Counted from the first letter of the stretch, positions 47,901 through 60,868 are shown. The stretch: DNA of 64,000 nt from Guillardia theta CCMP2712 (GCF_000315625.1 NW_005434663.1:897882-961881); one strand, 5' to 3'. The notes: generated from the letters alone by a model not told the origin. Made by a program: numbers and translations.

Positions 47901-50900
47901 GATAGAGAACCCGAATGAGATCACAGATGCTGTCCTCGACCTCTGGCTCATGCTCGGATTCTCCGACAAGTTTCCCTCTGCCCTCTGGTACTTCGAGCTT
48001 GGTGGGAACTATCTTGTTGAGTTCGATGCCGCAACCTTCCGGTCTGACTTGTCTGCGCTCGTCTCGCACGTCGAGGCTAAGAACATCGAGATTGTTGAAG
48101 GACCCACGGAGGGTCTCGCAAGCGACGCCTTCTGGAGCAGCATCACCACGCGCAGGTCGGGGAAGGAAGAGCATCGAAGCTCGTCCAAGCATCTGGACTC
48201 TATCGGCCGGCACTCGCAGCAGCAGCAGCAGGCCAGTCGGCTGCGAAGCACGCTCAACTGGTACTCCGGCCTCGACACGCCCTACGTGCCGATCCGCAAC
48301 GACGGGGCTTATCGAGTCACCATCATTATGTACGGGCACAAGCCCAGAGCCACAGGGTGGGCGGAGGACATCTTGCGAGGGTCAGAGAACAGGAACCTCG
48401 ACACGACGGCGACGGCGAGGCGAGGAGTGTTCATGAAGAAGTGGAGAGTTCTGTCGATCCACGAGAAGTCCTGCAGCGTGAACGTGATCACCAACAATAG
48501 GACTTGCTCGTTCAGTGCCGTAGACCTCTTCACCAGCCTCTACGTCTCCCCGCTCTACTCTTGCCCGCAGAACACTTACCGTCAAGACAAGTCCTGCAAG
48601 ACTTGCGACTTGAGCTCGACGAGCGCGACGGGCTCAACTTCAGTGTCGGACTGCAAGGCCTGCGAGCCTTACTTCCACCTCAGCTGTGACGGCAGGAGCT
48701 GCGAGCGCTGCCCCCTCAACACCATCAGCAACGTCGGGGCCCTCTCGCTGGCAGAGTGCGTGCCGACGAGTCTGTGGAGCATTAAGATGGACGGGCCGAT
48801 CGATCCTCTTGCTCTCCTTCAGCCCGCGTATCCTCAGGCTTCCAGCAGGTCGGCCTTCAACTCCAGCAGCTTCCTGCTCCACATCTCCAACATCAGCGGG
48901 ATCCCCTTGAAACTCATCGCCTTGGAAAGCGTCAGCTACGTCGACAGCTTCACCGCCTCGAGATTCCAGCAGGGACGCGGGCCCAGCATCTTCCAGGTTC
49001 GCTTCGCTTTCCTCTCTCAGGACAAGTCCACCTCGGAAGCGGCGAAAGCTGCTCTACTCGGCCTCGAATGCCCCTCGCCTGCTGCTGGCTGTGCGCTGGT
49101 GGACTACAACAGCACAAGGAGGTCGCTAAGGGACAAACTCTTTGCTGAGTTCCCCGTTGTCAGGTAATGATTCTTCTCCCCTCCTCTGCTCTGCTCTGCT
49201 GTGCCCTCCTCTCCTCTTTTGTTCGACTCCTCGCCGCCCTTGCGCTCTCCTTCCTTCTCCTCCTTCCATGCTACTCTTCTTCCCGTCCCTCTTCATACCC
49301 TGACGGCTCTCCGATGCTGCAGCGTCAAGGCCACCGAAGTCGCCGGGAGGCTGGAAGGCTCTTGTCCGAACCAGCAGTTCGTGCAGACGAGCTACCAGGA
49401 CATCTTCGCAAACGTCTTCTCCTCCACCTACCTCAGCACCAACTTCCGATGCCCCTCCTCTTACTACCGCAGTGGCCCCGAGTGCCTGAGCTGCCCTGAC
49501 ATGAGCTCCAGCGACGCCGGGGCGAGCAAGGTGGAGGACTGCCGGGGGTTCCTTACCATGGTGTTCGCCATGAAGGACGCGAGCGTCACCTTCAACGGTC
49601 GCACTCGCTCGCTGGAGTTCGGGGGCATGCAGGACGCACAGCCGTACGCCTTGAGCCTCATGAACTACACGGGACTGGCTCAGTCGGCTCCTCTCTTCAT
49701 CAAGACTCGAGGGTATGCCCTGCACCCCTACCAGTACATCAACCCCTCCTTCCCTTCCCTCGGCCTCCAGACCATCCGATGCCAGGAGGGATCCAACTGC
49801 TTCAACGCATCGCAAGTGAGCGCATTCTCCTCCTCCTCCTCCTCCTCCTCCTCCTCCTCCTCCTCCTCCTCCTCCTCCCTCTGCTGTGTTCCTTCCCTTT
49901 ATCCTTCGCTTCTTCCTTCTGCTATTCGAACTATCTTGAGCTCCGATACCCCACTTTCGTCCTCTTCCTCTTCTGGTGTAGTTGACTTGCTCTCCTAGTT
50001 CCGTATGGATGTCAGCTCGGCAGTCAACGGGCTCGTGGACGCCAACAGGATTCGCCTGCTGCCTCCCAGCAACTGCGACCTCCTCCCCTCCGGTGTCGTT
50101 GACCCGCTCTGCGGGCCTTGGCCAGGCATCGCACGGAACGACCGACTGGGCGAGTGTGTCTGTGCGGGAGATCTCTGCTACATGACCTTGGGAGCGCCGT
50201 GGGTAAGCGAAGACCTCGGGTACAGGAAAGTTCTGAGTCAGGTGAGTGAGGATAATCAGACCCCTCCCTCCTCTCCCTTCCTTCTCTCCCTCCCTCCTCT
50301 CCCTCCTTTCCCTTCCTCCTCTCCCTCCCTCCTCTCCCTCCTTTCCCTTCCTCCTCTCCCTCCCTCCTCTCCCTCCTTTCCCTTCCTTCTCTCCCTCCCT
50401 CCTCGCCCTCTCTCCCTCCTTCCCTTCCGCCCTCCCTGATTATCTGTCTCGCTCGCTATCTTCACTCTTCTTGCTTGCATATGTCTCACCCTCTCCTCCA
50501 TCATGATGTCCTCCCTGCAGGCTACCAAGGCAGCCAACGCAGCAGACTGTGCGAGGTTGTGCTCGGATGCCCCTGCCGACTGCAACGGCTTCCTCTACTC
50601 GCCCTCCTCCTGGGTCTGCGACCTTCGTTATTTCCTCTCCCTTCCTTCTCTCGGAAACTTCTGCCCCAGCAGCTCCCCAGCATGTATCAGTTTGATCCAG
50701 TCCAAGTACATCGACCTGACGGTCCCCTTCCCCTCCCTTGCGGGCCTCCAGATCTACTGGAAGCCAGCTGACCCCCAGCTCTGCTCTATCGTCACCCAGA
50801 AGTCTCGAGCCTGCAGCAACTCCTCGGCCCTGCCCAACAGAGTCTTCGACGTCGCCGTCGATCCGCTGGTGGGAGGAGCAGGAGGGACGGGCCTGCGCAG

Positions 50901-53273
50901 CCCGTTGGACACCTTCCACGTCATCGTTCGCTTCCATGCTGCGACCGCAACGCTGCTTGGGAAGGTGCAGGATATTCTGCAGGCGCGGGGGGTCCAGTCG
51001 TCGTATGCTCAGCCCTCGGGTCTCAACGACTTCCTCCGCAAGTATCAGGTCGTTCAGGTGTACACGTCCGACCAGAAGGCTCTCCTGGGCGGCAAGTCGG
51101 CAGAAGGAAGTTTGCTGGGCTCGCGCTACATCGACTGCATCGGCAAGACGTGCGGGCCCGTTACCCTCAGCTCCTCCGCATGGTGCAACGACACAGTCGC
51201 ACCGCTCAACAAGACAAGGTGCGGGGGCGACGCGACTGTGAAGCCTGTCTGCAAGCAGATATGGGAGGCAAACAAGTGGATATCCGTCGTCATCTGCCCC
51301 AACGGCCTTCCCCCCACCTGCCAGGTCTCCGGCTCCCCCGTTTGCTCTGCCGCCAACCTCTTCGACGGGAACGCCTCGACCTTCTGGCCGGCCTACAAGA
51401 GCGATGGGGTCGTGACTGACTTCGTCACCGTCACCTTCACCAAGCCGGGAGGAAGCGTCACCTTCGTGGAGCTCACCAGGGTTGACCTGCAGGAGCGGCA
51501 GGAGGTGGCGACGGGGCTGGCGGACTCGTTCAGCGAGTTGGAGCTTGACTTCAGTGACGGGAGCTCGCAGAAGGTTCAGTTGGCCGGGTACGGCACAGGC
51601 ACGGGGGTCACGGCAGCCGTGCAGACGTTCTACCTGCGACCAGTCGTGACTTCCTCCGTCACCATCCGCGTCTCTCCTCTCTCCTACCTTGAGAGCGTCA
51701 GGAACCCCCAGAGGCGCCTCGGGCTCGCCTCAGCTGACTTCTTCGGCCAGCCGTTTGACACCGTCCGCAACGTGACGGCCGTTGACTTCCTGCGGTCGAC
51801 CTACTCCTCCGCCAAGTGCCCTCCCAACACCTTCAGCGACTCCTCCCTCAAGTTCTGCCAGCTCTGCCCCTTCCCCCTCGTCAGCCCTGCTGGCTCCTCC
51901 TCCCTCTCCAACTGCTCCTGCCCGGCATGCAGCGACGGTCGAGTCCACTGGCAGGCAGACGAGAAGTGCGACGACGGCAATCAGATCGATGGCGATGGCT
52001 GCGACCACAACTGCCTCATCGAGCCTCTCCACATCTGCTTCGGCCCTCTCACCGCCACCAAGTTCGGCAACCCGATCGCCTCCTACTCGACACCGGACAA
52101 GTGCATCAGGATCGGGTCTGAGTGGACCAACTTCGGCGAGGCCGCATGGCCAGCGAGGTTCGGCGCTGCTGCCGTCTTCCACTCCAACGCTCTCCGACTG
52201 ACAGGAGGGATGGGCTCGCAGCTCCAGACTGAGTTCGGCACCACCTACTACGAGTACACCGACGGCACCCTGTGCACAGTGCAGGAGCCATCGGACTCTT
52301 GCGCGCTCCCGAGGGGGTCGAGCTACCTTTCGTGGTCCCTTGCTCCTTTCGCTCCCGCCGATCCCTCTACCACCTGGTCCCCCCGCGCCTTCCACGGCCT
52401 CGTCTCCTTCAAAGGCTTCATGTGGCTGTCCGGGGGCATCTTCCGCACACAGGGGCAGAGCGGGTGGGTGGAGGGAGGCTCCTTCAACGACGTTTGGAAG
52501 AGTCTTGGCTCCGCTGAGACCCAAGGCAGCGCGTCCGTCGTGCCATGGCTGCTGGTGACGTCAGGGGCCAGCTGGGTGGCTCGTGGAAGACATGTCTCCC
52601 TCGTGTTTGCGGGGTCCATGTGGATCCTGGGAGGAGAGCGGAGGGATCGGAGCAGCACGGCAGGTGGGGGCGTATTGAACTATCAGACAGAGTACCGCAA
52701 CGACGTGTGGAGGTCGCAGGACGGTGCCCAGTGGTTGCTGGTCACACAGAACCCGAGCTGGAACGCTCGTTCGGGCCACACAGCGGCAGTGCATGAGGGG
52801 AGCAACCAGATCTTTCTGATGGGGGGACGAGACGCCACCCGGTACTACAACGACATCTGGAGGAGCGCCGACGGCAAGACCTGGACCATGGTGACTGGGT
52901 CGGCGCTGTGGAGTGCAAGATGGTTGCACGCCAGCGTCTTCTTCGAGGACAGTCTGTGGGTCATCGGTGGTCACTTCTGCCTCACTTCCTCCAGCCAGCC
53001 CTGCACGACGGAGACTGCTGGAACTTTCTACAACGACGTGTACCTGAGTGCTGATGGAACCAAGTGGCTCGTCTCCACGTCCTCAGCAGGTCGACATTTG
53101 CCTGCCCTCCTCGTTCTTCTCTTTGACTTTTCTCTCCCGCAGGTTGGAAGGCTCGGGCTGGACATTCCGCTGTGGTCTTTGTGGGGCCAGTGCAGTCGGA
53201 CCTATGGATTATAGGGGGTTACTACGGCTTTCAACAGGCTCTCAACGACACATGGCGAGCTTTCAAGTTCTGA
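44921..53273 (+). CDS. ~2,500-aa multidomain membrane protein: PB1-like, multi-TM, MIB/HERC2-like, TM, inactive alpha/beta-hydrolase, GCC2/GCC3 Cys repeats, PAN/apple, discoidin-like, Myxococcus Cys-rich repeat, kelch-like propeller
   Basis: Seven exons joined in frame by GT-AG introns (~46769-46827, 46905-46962, 49164-49322, 49816-49998, 50242-50520, 53090-53142); motifs YDRIGYGWS, GYGAGG, CPQNTY..GSTSVSDC, AADCARLC..CNGFLY, EKCDDGNQIDGDGCDHNC, WxxRxxH..MWILGG..NDVWRSQDG. Confidence 0.82.
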
Positions 53274-53368
53274 AGCCTTCTCGCTTGTACAGTAAAATCG
53301 TGTGATGTTCATTCGCATGTCTCGTAAAGCCTTCCAAGCGAAGGCTGCATCGCTCTCTATGTGCTCGA

Positions 53369-56300
53369 TTACCAGCTGAGAGAGAATCTTTCGGCCGTCT
53401 TCTGAGCCTCGATCAAGTCTTTGTGCGCCTTTCGCCTGTATTGGCAGTCACTCAGAGGAATGCAGATGTGCTAGTTCGTAGTCCACCTTCGGTAGAAGAT
53501 GGGGCAATCCCTTGACGTACAGATGACTTCCATGTGTAGAGATCCCTGGGGCGCAAGCGAATCTTCAGCCAAGATTTGGGGATCGACAGATGATTCTACC
53601 TGACACCGCTGGCACTGAGTCCATAACTTGGCGAACTGAGTTTGCATGTGGTTCAAGTTGTCAATGCTGCGTCTGCAAATATCCGCCTGGAGGATGACTC
53701 AGCATCAGAACAGTCACACGGCAACCTTGAACAACACCTCTTTGGGCTTGCAGTGTTCACAAACGGTAGCTCGCTCATCTTTCAACGGAGTGCGGCAGCC
53801 CAAGCAGGTCTTGGTGGCTTTGACGAATTTCATCAAGCCACCGGTCGTAGGGGTGGACAAAGATATCTGCATCGAGAATCAATCGAAAGCCAATTGAAGT
53901 CGTCGTCAAATTTGCCTGGCGAGTGTGGTCTCCAGAAAGCAAAGACTGAGGTTTATCCTACAAAATGCTGAGATCACGGAAAACAATCTATACGTCACTC
54001 ACCAGGATAGGTTCGAATAAACGCAGGATGGGCTGTGAAAGCTGGTGGTCTAGGTAATGCTGAGGAGGCGTCAGAGAAGAAGATTCTGGGTAAACTGAAA
54101 AAAAAACCTGCACATCTATAGGCAAATTGTTCTCCAGTACAAAGATAGGATCTTCAGCCTTTTCAAAGGCCTGGGAGGATTTTCAGAAATCTTCACACCA
54201 GCTTCCTGTCGCAAGTACCTTCGCTCCTTTCGGACCTTTGATAATTACATAGGGCACACGGTCGCCGAGCACAGGAGCAGTGTTTGGATCTCGCTCCTTC
54301 ATCCTGTATACAACCAAGGATCACAGAAAAATCTTTCATGATTGAAGCTCACCTGGCAGCTAAGACGACGTGTGCTTGCGCGCTCTTTGAGTCTTCTTCA
54401 GACTTGTGTAGAGCCTTGGTGATGATCAACTCGCTACACGCACAACAAAAGTCAGTGGGTATGGAATGCTATTTCATCCTTCACCTGATATCAACTTTGT
54501 TCATCAGAAGATCACGAATCACACCCTTCACGTATTCCGCAGCTGCATTCGGATCTCGTTGCATCAAAATTGTTTTTAAGCAGGTGTCCACCATGGTTCG
54601 GACAAGACCACAATTGTCTCTCCTCACAGTTTCAATTCCTTGTCATCAATCAGTACCGTCAAATCGTTATCCAGATTTGTTTCACCTTTGCAATCCATCT
54701 TATCGAACTTGTCCGGATTCGTCCAAAGAAGAGCAGCATATCGCTTCTTGTTCATCAACAAATACGGATAGTAAACCTGTCACGAAATTGTAAGATGTCA
54801 CGAAAGACAATAAAATCGTAGGACCTTTTCGAATTCTAGCTTAATCGGTTTTACAAAAGATGTATTGACAAAATCTGCGGCGGACAGGGCAAGCTTCATA
54901 GTCTCGTCAATCATCCATCTTTCACGATTTTCCTATCAAACGAGGACGATCAAAGACTTACATAACAACAAACCTGTTTTCCAAACCTCTTCCTCTGGAG
55001 CATCATCCATCGTGACACCGAACTTGATCATTACGGAGTCCGTATCACCATACACAACGACGCTGTCATGCTTGTATCCATTGGCAACGGTATAATGTGC
55101 CTCCACCTGTTTCTAACGGTGAATACTACAGCCAAGATCAGCAATGCTCTGCGCACTTTTGCTTTTGTAAGTTCAATCATTTCACGTCCGAACGCTGTGA
55201 CGCTGGAAGAGATTTCCAGACAAGGCAGTTTACCCACTTGCGCTCCTGATGTTTTGTTCAGTCCAAAATCATTCAGCCGTGCTTAAGACAAGACGAACCC
55301 GTGAAGCCATAAACGGAGTTCGCACTGACTTTGAGCGCAAGCTGCCGTCCGTCAAGAACAGCCTTCATGATCGGATCCGTGGCTTTCTTCAAATCAGCCT
55401 TCGCTCTGTGACCATGTCAGTCTCTTGTAAGGGATCCCGTAGTTTGATTACCGCTTTCGGGCGGCCAAAAGCTCATCCAAAATCTCAGGAAGAATGCCTG
55501 AATTCCAGAAATCAATTTCTTTTATGGGAGACGCAAAATTGCTAACCTTTCTTTACGCTTGGCTTGACAAAGGTGTCACCATGTGGAGTGACAGTAATTT
55601 GTTCCGGCGTAAAATTAAATTTGTTCGTTCGCAAGTCTTCTTTGCTGAAACATTTATGTTGGAAACGTGGCAGATTATAGGTGAGGTGATTTACCTGACA
55701 AGAGTAGAATAACAAAGGTTATGTGCCATCATGATAGAGGGGTAAAGCGAAGCAAAGTCCAAAGTTGCAATAGGATCACTAAACCAACGTCAAAACTGAA
55801 CAAATATATCACATCCTTACCTGTAGAAGCCTTTCTTGGGTTCAATAACAATGGCACCTTCAAACTTCTCGTCGGTGGATTCTACCTTCAAATTTGGCAG
55901 CAGTAGGCCCTTGGAACGGGCCTGTGTTACGAAATCCACATTACTTGCCTCAAGATTGGTGAGAGCATCTAATGAGTACCTTGCGCAGTAGCTGAGACAT
56001 AACTTTGAGCATCTGTCCGCGAACAAGGAGCCAACCAATGGGCACTCCTGAAAAGTTTGAGGCATTAGAATCCTCTAACAGTGTTTGTCGTGTCGGCTGA
56101 CCTGTCACTCTCGCCATTTCAACGTAGTTGTAAATGAACATCAATTTGTCCAAGAGACGCTGCATAGCAGTCGAATGAGCTGGACGCAGATTTCAAACAA
56201 AGACATGTAGGACCTGAGGAAGATATGCATCCTTCAGACAGTATACTGCAAGGCGACGGCGCGATTCAGCATCTCCATTCTGCAAATCTGAGATGATTGA

Positions 56301-58440
56301 ATGATGAACGTCTTCCTTTTGCTCTCCAAGAAACTTGGCACAAACTGTATGATCTTCAATAGGACTCATTAAAGGTCTCCTGATAGTACCTGAATTCAAA
56401 GTGTATGAATGTAACTTGTACTCGCGTTGAATTGCCTGTTAAGTGCTCACAAAACATACAAGTCAGGAAATAGCATGAATACCTGGAGGACATCAAAGAT
56501 AACCCTTCCATCAATTGATATTTCATTTGTCTCCCTTGTTCCCATCTTGCTCTAAGTGTGAGATGGCGATGCATAAACTGAATCAATGAACCTGAGCTGA
56601 AGAAAAGGTTGTCTTTTTGATCTTGGTTTTGCTATTTTTCATTCTGCCCAAAACGGGAAATGAAGCGACCTTCGCACAGCCATTACTTCAATCAGGTCTA
56701 TCAAAAATGCACGTTACCTTCAGCGCTTTCGCTCTGTCCATGAGGTATGGAATATCGAAGCCCACAATGTTGTATCCAGTCAATATGTCTGGATCACAAG
56801 CGATGACAAAGTCCCTCCAGCCTTGGAGCATTTCGCTTTCATCCTGATCAACATCGTTAATCCTAGAATGAAATAGACAACATTTATGATTATACCTCGA
56901 ATGAGTGCACTTCTGCACCGCTTATCGCAGCGCAAGATTTCAGAGTGAAAATATTTTTGACAATAGGTGTATCCATCCCTTGGATAGTAACCCAGTTCGC
57001 AATCTATTTGAACCGCTCGAGCGTGACTAACTCGTTAACAAGATTCTCAGGACGCTTACCTGGATGACAGGGTCCTTGTCAGGTTCTGGAAAGCAGCCCT
57101 TTCTTCCAGCACACTCAATATCAAAACTCAAAATTCTGAGTGGAGCAATCTACGTGATCCAGTCAAACTTTCAATACAGGTCAATGCTTAGCTACCTTCA
57201 ACCAATCTCCATCTGGATCGTGACTGATCAATTTTTGCCACATGACATCCATTTCAAATTGACATGTCGTGTTTGGATTCGACCTTTCAAAAGCATATCA
57301 GTCGGCAAGTTCATACAGGTTTTTTGATGTACCTCGTTAGGTACTGGTTTGCTGGGAGGGTAATCCAGTTTGCACCCACGATCCCAGCATCTACCATGTA
57401 GCGCATGACAAAAACGACATTGGATTCGTAAGTCAAGAAAGTGCGAGTCCCTAGATTAGATATTTGAATTCCCTGGAAACAAGAATGTTAATTTTAATTT
57501 CAAAAGACAATGCACTTCGGTTGCACACATTTTCCAATATTGAACGAGCTGTAGTGACATGCTGTGGCCATACAGTTGAAATCTTCAAAAATTTGACCTA
57601 CGAAAAAGATAATCAGTACTAGAGTGGGAAATTGTTGAGGTCTTACAAAGTCCTCTTGTCGATAATTCCAGATTGTTTGCTTGTATTCCATCTCAACGTA
57701 CCGAATGTATTGACCATTACTTGTCTTCTTCGAGGAATCAACACGTTCCGCCATTCTTCGGTTCAAAGTTTCAGCAATCTCTTGACAGATATTTTCGTTG
57801 ATTTCCTTTGGAGCCTGCATTCGTCATCAATTTTGAGATATGCGGCAGCTAGAAAAAAGCACCTGAACATAGAAGTATGGATCATAGCCGTGGACATGTA
57901 CAACAGCACTGTGCCCTTCGGCCGTGACACCATACAAACGCATGATAGGAAGCTGTCCTCCATATCTTTGATTGCTCAAGTGTCACGATCTCAAAGTCTA
58001 AAGGACATTTTCTTACTGAGGGTATTGAATGCCCTGTTTTTGAGCAAACTCCTGCATATCTTGCCTAGGTGCCTGCACCAATTGTTAAACACGACTTTCG
58101 TCATGGATTGTGCTGAATACCTGCACGTAGTAATCCGTGTCGATTTGTTGCATCGAGAAATCACGTGCATTGGTGAATTCTTGCTCAGGCGCCTTTCTAC
58201 ACCAACGTTTCTTGGAAGCCTCGGGAATGCACAAGGTATCCTGATATCTAATCAGAGCATTGAAGCAAAATCTCATAACTTTACATCTTGAACATCCATG
58301 GCATCGTGGTAGATCTCTTCATCTGCATCCCAATCTTCGTCCTCTGGAAGCACATCTGGGGGATCATCGTCGTTGTCGAGATTTCTTGGACGTTTGTCGT
58401 CGAGGAACGGTCGCCCTTCGGAAGGCGCCTGTCTCTTCAT
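53369..58440 (-). CDS. POLD1: DNA polymerase delta catalytic subunit (many short introns)
   Basis: [143 protein letters not shown]; C-terminal CysA/Cys[28 protein letters not shown]. Confidence 0.97.
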
Positions 58441-58943
58441 CTGATCTGGCCGATCGAGGGTCAGGAAGGGCCAGACAGAGGAATCATCAGCATGCAGATG
58501 AAACTTCGTCATCAAAAGCATCATGCACAGAGAGTCACAGACAAGCGGTTGAATGCATCCATATACGAAAGGACATTAGCCAATGTAGCCGAAGCCATTC
58601 CAGTTAGTTTGTGAGAGGTAATACCATACACTTGATGGGAGCATGCAAAGGAGTCATATGTTTCAAGAAGTCAGAAAGGATGATGGGTCGAAGAGGGGAG
58701 AATCGAATCAGACGAGGGCAAGAGAAGAGCCTGGTGGAAGCAAGACAGGTGACGATACAAGAGAAAGATGTTGGAGTGGATAAGCAGAAAGCGAGAGCAT
58801 CCTGCATTGAATGTGTGGGAAGGGAGCAGAGGGAAGAAATAAAGAAGGAGAACGAGGATGAAGTCGGGGAGGAGCAGAATCAGACGAGGGCTGGAGCATG
58901 TTGCGAGAAAAGTTTGCGGCATCGCCATCGCCACTGGCTGGAA

Positions 58944-59042
58944 TTGGCGGGAACGATGTCATAGAGGCAGGTATCCGAAATTGTATCCGTGAAAACGTAT
59001 CCGTGAAAAAAGGATCCGTTAAAGTATCCGTACAAGTATCCG
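58944..59042. promoter_or_regulatory. E2F-like site plus six G(T/G)ATCCG motifs in the divergent POLD1/ankyrin intergenic region
   Basis: TTGGCGGGAA at 58944-58953; GTATCCG at 58971, 58983, 58997, 59024, 59036 and GGATCCG at 59012. Confidence 0.55.
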
Positions 59043-59065
59043 GAATCTCGGACTAGCGGGGTGCA

Positions 59066-60762
59066 ATGGTAGGACTCCATAGTTGCCTTCGCTGCTACTC
59101 GTCGGCCTCGTTCATGCTCGCCCGCCTCTCTTCGCTCCTCTTTGTCGTCTGCTCAGATCCGATCCAGCCGTCAGTGCATGACGGCACCCGTCGCGCTGCC
59201 ATCACAGCCGATGCTGTTGCACCTTGCTCTTTGTACCTCCGAGGAGGCTCGCAGGTCGTACTTCCTCCCGCAGGGCCTCCAGCCCAAGCAGGAGAGGTCC
59301 GCAAGTGTGCTCAATGCGGGTCAACTCAGTTTGAAATCACTCTAGACTACTGCAGGATCACAGAATTGCACTTCTGTCATGCCAAGCCGTGCAGAAAGAA
59401 CCATTGGAAGAACAACAAAAGCTTCTGGCGCGAACGAGCGCAATCTACGAAGAAGACAGTGAATCTCAACGGAGTTCCTCTGCCTGTTGAGAGCACATAC
59501 ACACGACTGGGCAGGAAACGTGATGATGACATCTTCCCTGATGACAGTGATCGATCCTCTCCGCAACCTGAAAGAGAGTTCGGGCAACCTTTTCCGACTG
59601 TCGACAGGTTCCGGCACACATGGGATGAGGATTATGAGGGGATAAACAGAATCTTGTGGGATGCAGCAGCTGACGACAACGTTGAACTGATGAAAAGTGC
59701 GATTGAGGATGGAGCTTGTATGAATGCAGGAAATCCGACCGATTTTTACAGATGGAATTCACTACACAGGTATGGCTGTTGCGTGCACTGAGGGTGAGAT
59801 CAAAGGGACCACTGGGAAGCATGGAGAAGTCACTGGGAAGCATGGGGAAGGGGAGGGAGGAGGTTCTGACACGTGTCTCTCTTTTGTGTGTTGATAGTTT
59901 ATGTGTTCTGATTGACTTGCCTTGGCAGAGCAAGTTACAAAGGTTGTTTTGCTGCTGTCCGATTTTTAGTGGAGCAGGGCGCAGATTTGCATGCGAGAGA
60001 TAGTTGGAACAAGACTGCGCTACATCTAGCAGCTGAGCTAGGTCATTATGACATTTGTGACTACCTTATTCGGAGTGGTGCTGGTAAGAAATTTGCTTCA
60101 AACATTCTGATGTGGCAGTGATATTGACTGTTTCCGAAGATGTCAATGCCACGAACAAGAACAATCAAACTGCTCTCCACTATGCAGCTCGTGAGGGACA
60201 TCCAAGGTAAACTTTGACACTTTCTTTACAGCACGGGGCCTTGAAATTTTCTTGTGACTCCTTGTTGGGTTTCAGTGTTGTTGTGTTGCTTCTGAAAGCA
60301 GGGTGCAACCCCAATGTAGAAGACATACAGCCTTGGGGCAAAGGAGGTATTGCATGCTTCAGCCAAAGAGAACCCTATTCAATGTTTGTCAGGGTTGTCT
60401 GCCTTGGACTATGCGATGGAGGGTCGATTTGATGACGTGATATCGGTAGATCTTGACACTTTTGCAAGCTTGCGTTGAAGGTCATTTTAGATCTTGGAAC
60501 CAGTCACAGAATGGTGCACAAATCATACAGGTAGAATATTTACGATTCTTGCAATGCATAACTCTGCAATGCAGGGAAGCTTCGTGAAACACGAGCCAAT
60601 ATCAAATCAGTCTTCTTCAGTCGAGATGAGGTTCTTGGACTTGAAATTGAATATTCATCCACATGAATGTTCATTTCCTCACAGGAATATTTCGCTGATG
60701 AAGAATGGAATATGGAAGATGCTGCTCTCTACGAAGAATTGAAGCCATTCTCATTTCAGTAA
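59066..60762 (+). CDS. Ankyrin repeat protein with signal-like leader, LRGG motif and a small Cys/His zinc-finger-like segment
   Basis: MLARLSSLLFVVCS..SLYLRGG; CAQC..HFCHAKPC; ankyrin repeats LWDAAADDNVELMKSAIEDGA, FLVEQGADLHARDSWNKTALHLAAELGH, NQTALHYAAREGH; last exon ends ..ELKPFSFQ*. Confidence 0.82.
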
Positions 60763-60868
60763 GGGCGAGTCGGCACTGAATCCTGTCAGAGCCCCCGGCT
60801 ATGGATACCGGTGGACAATGTCGGAGGCCAACTTTCCGCCGCCTGTTGGTACATGCGGGCAACCGCTC

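Noticed and set aside
47683-52974. Long minus-strand ORFs (218, 229, 264 aa) opposite the giant gene
   Set aside because: Antisense shadows of GC3-rich coding sequence with no independent motifs.
53369-58440. PolB as a viral/Polinton polymerase or a fragmented pseudogene
   Set aside because: It has Pol delta-specific motifs and the C-terminal CysA/CysB region; the fragmentation is explained by spliceosomal introns.
58971-59042. GTATCCG array as plasmid iterons or a mini-CRISPR
   Set aside because: The cores are only 7 bp with 5-8-nt linkers and no rep or cas genes; retained only as a putative promoter array.
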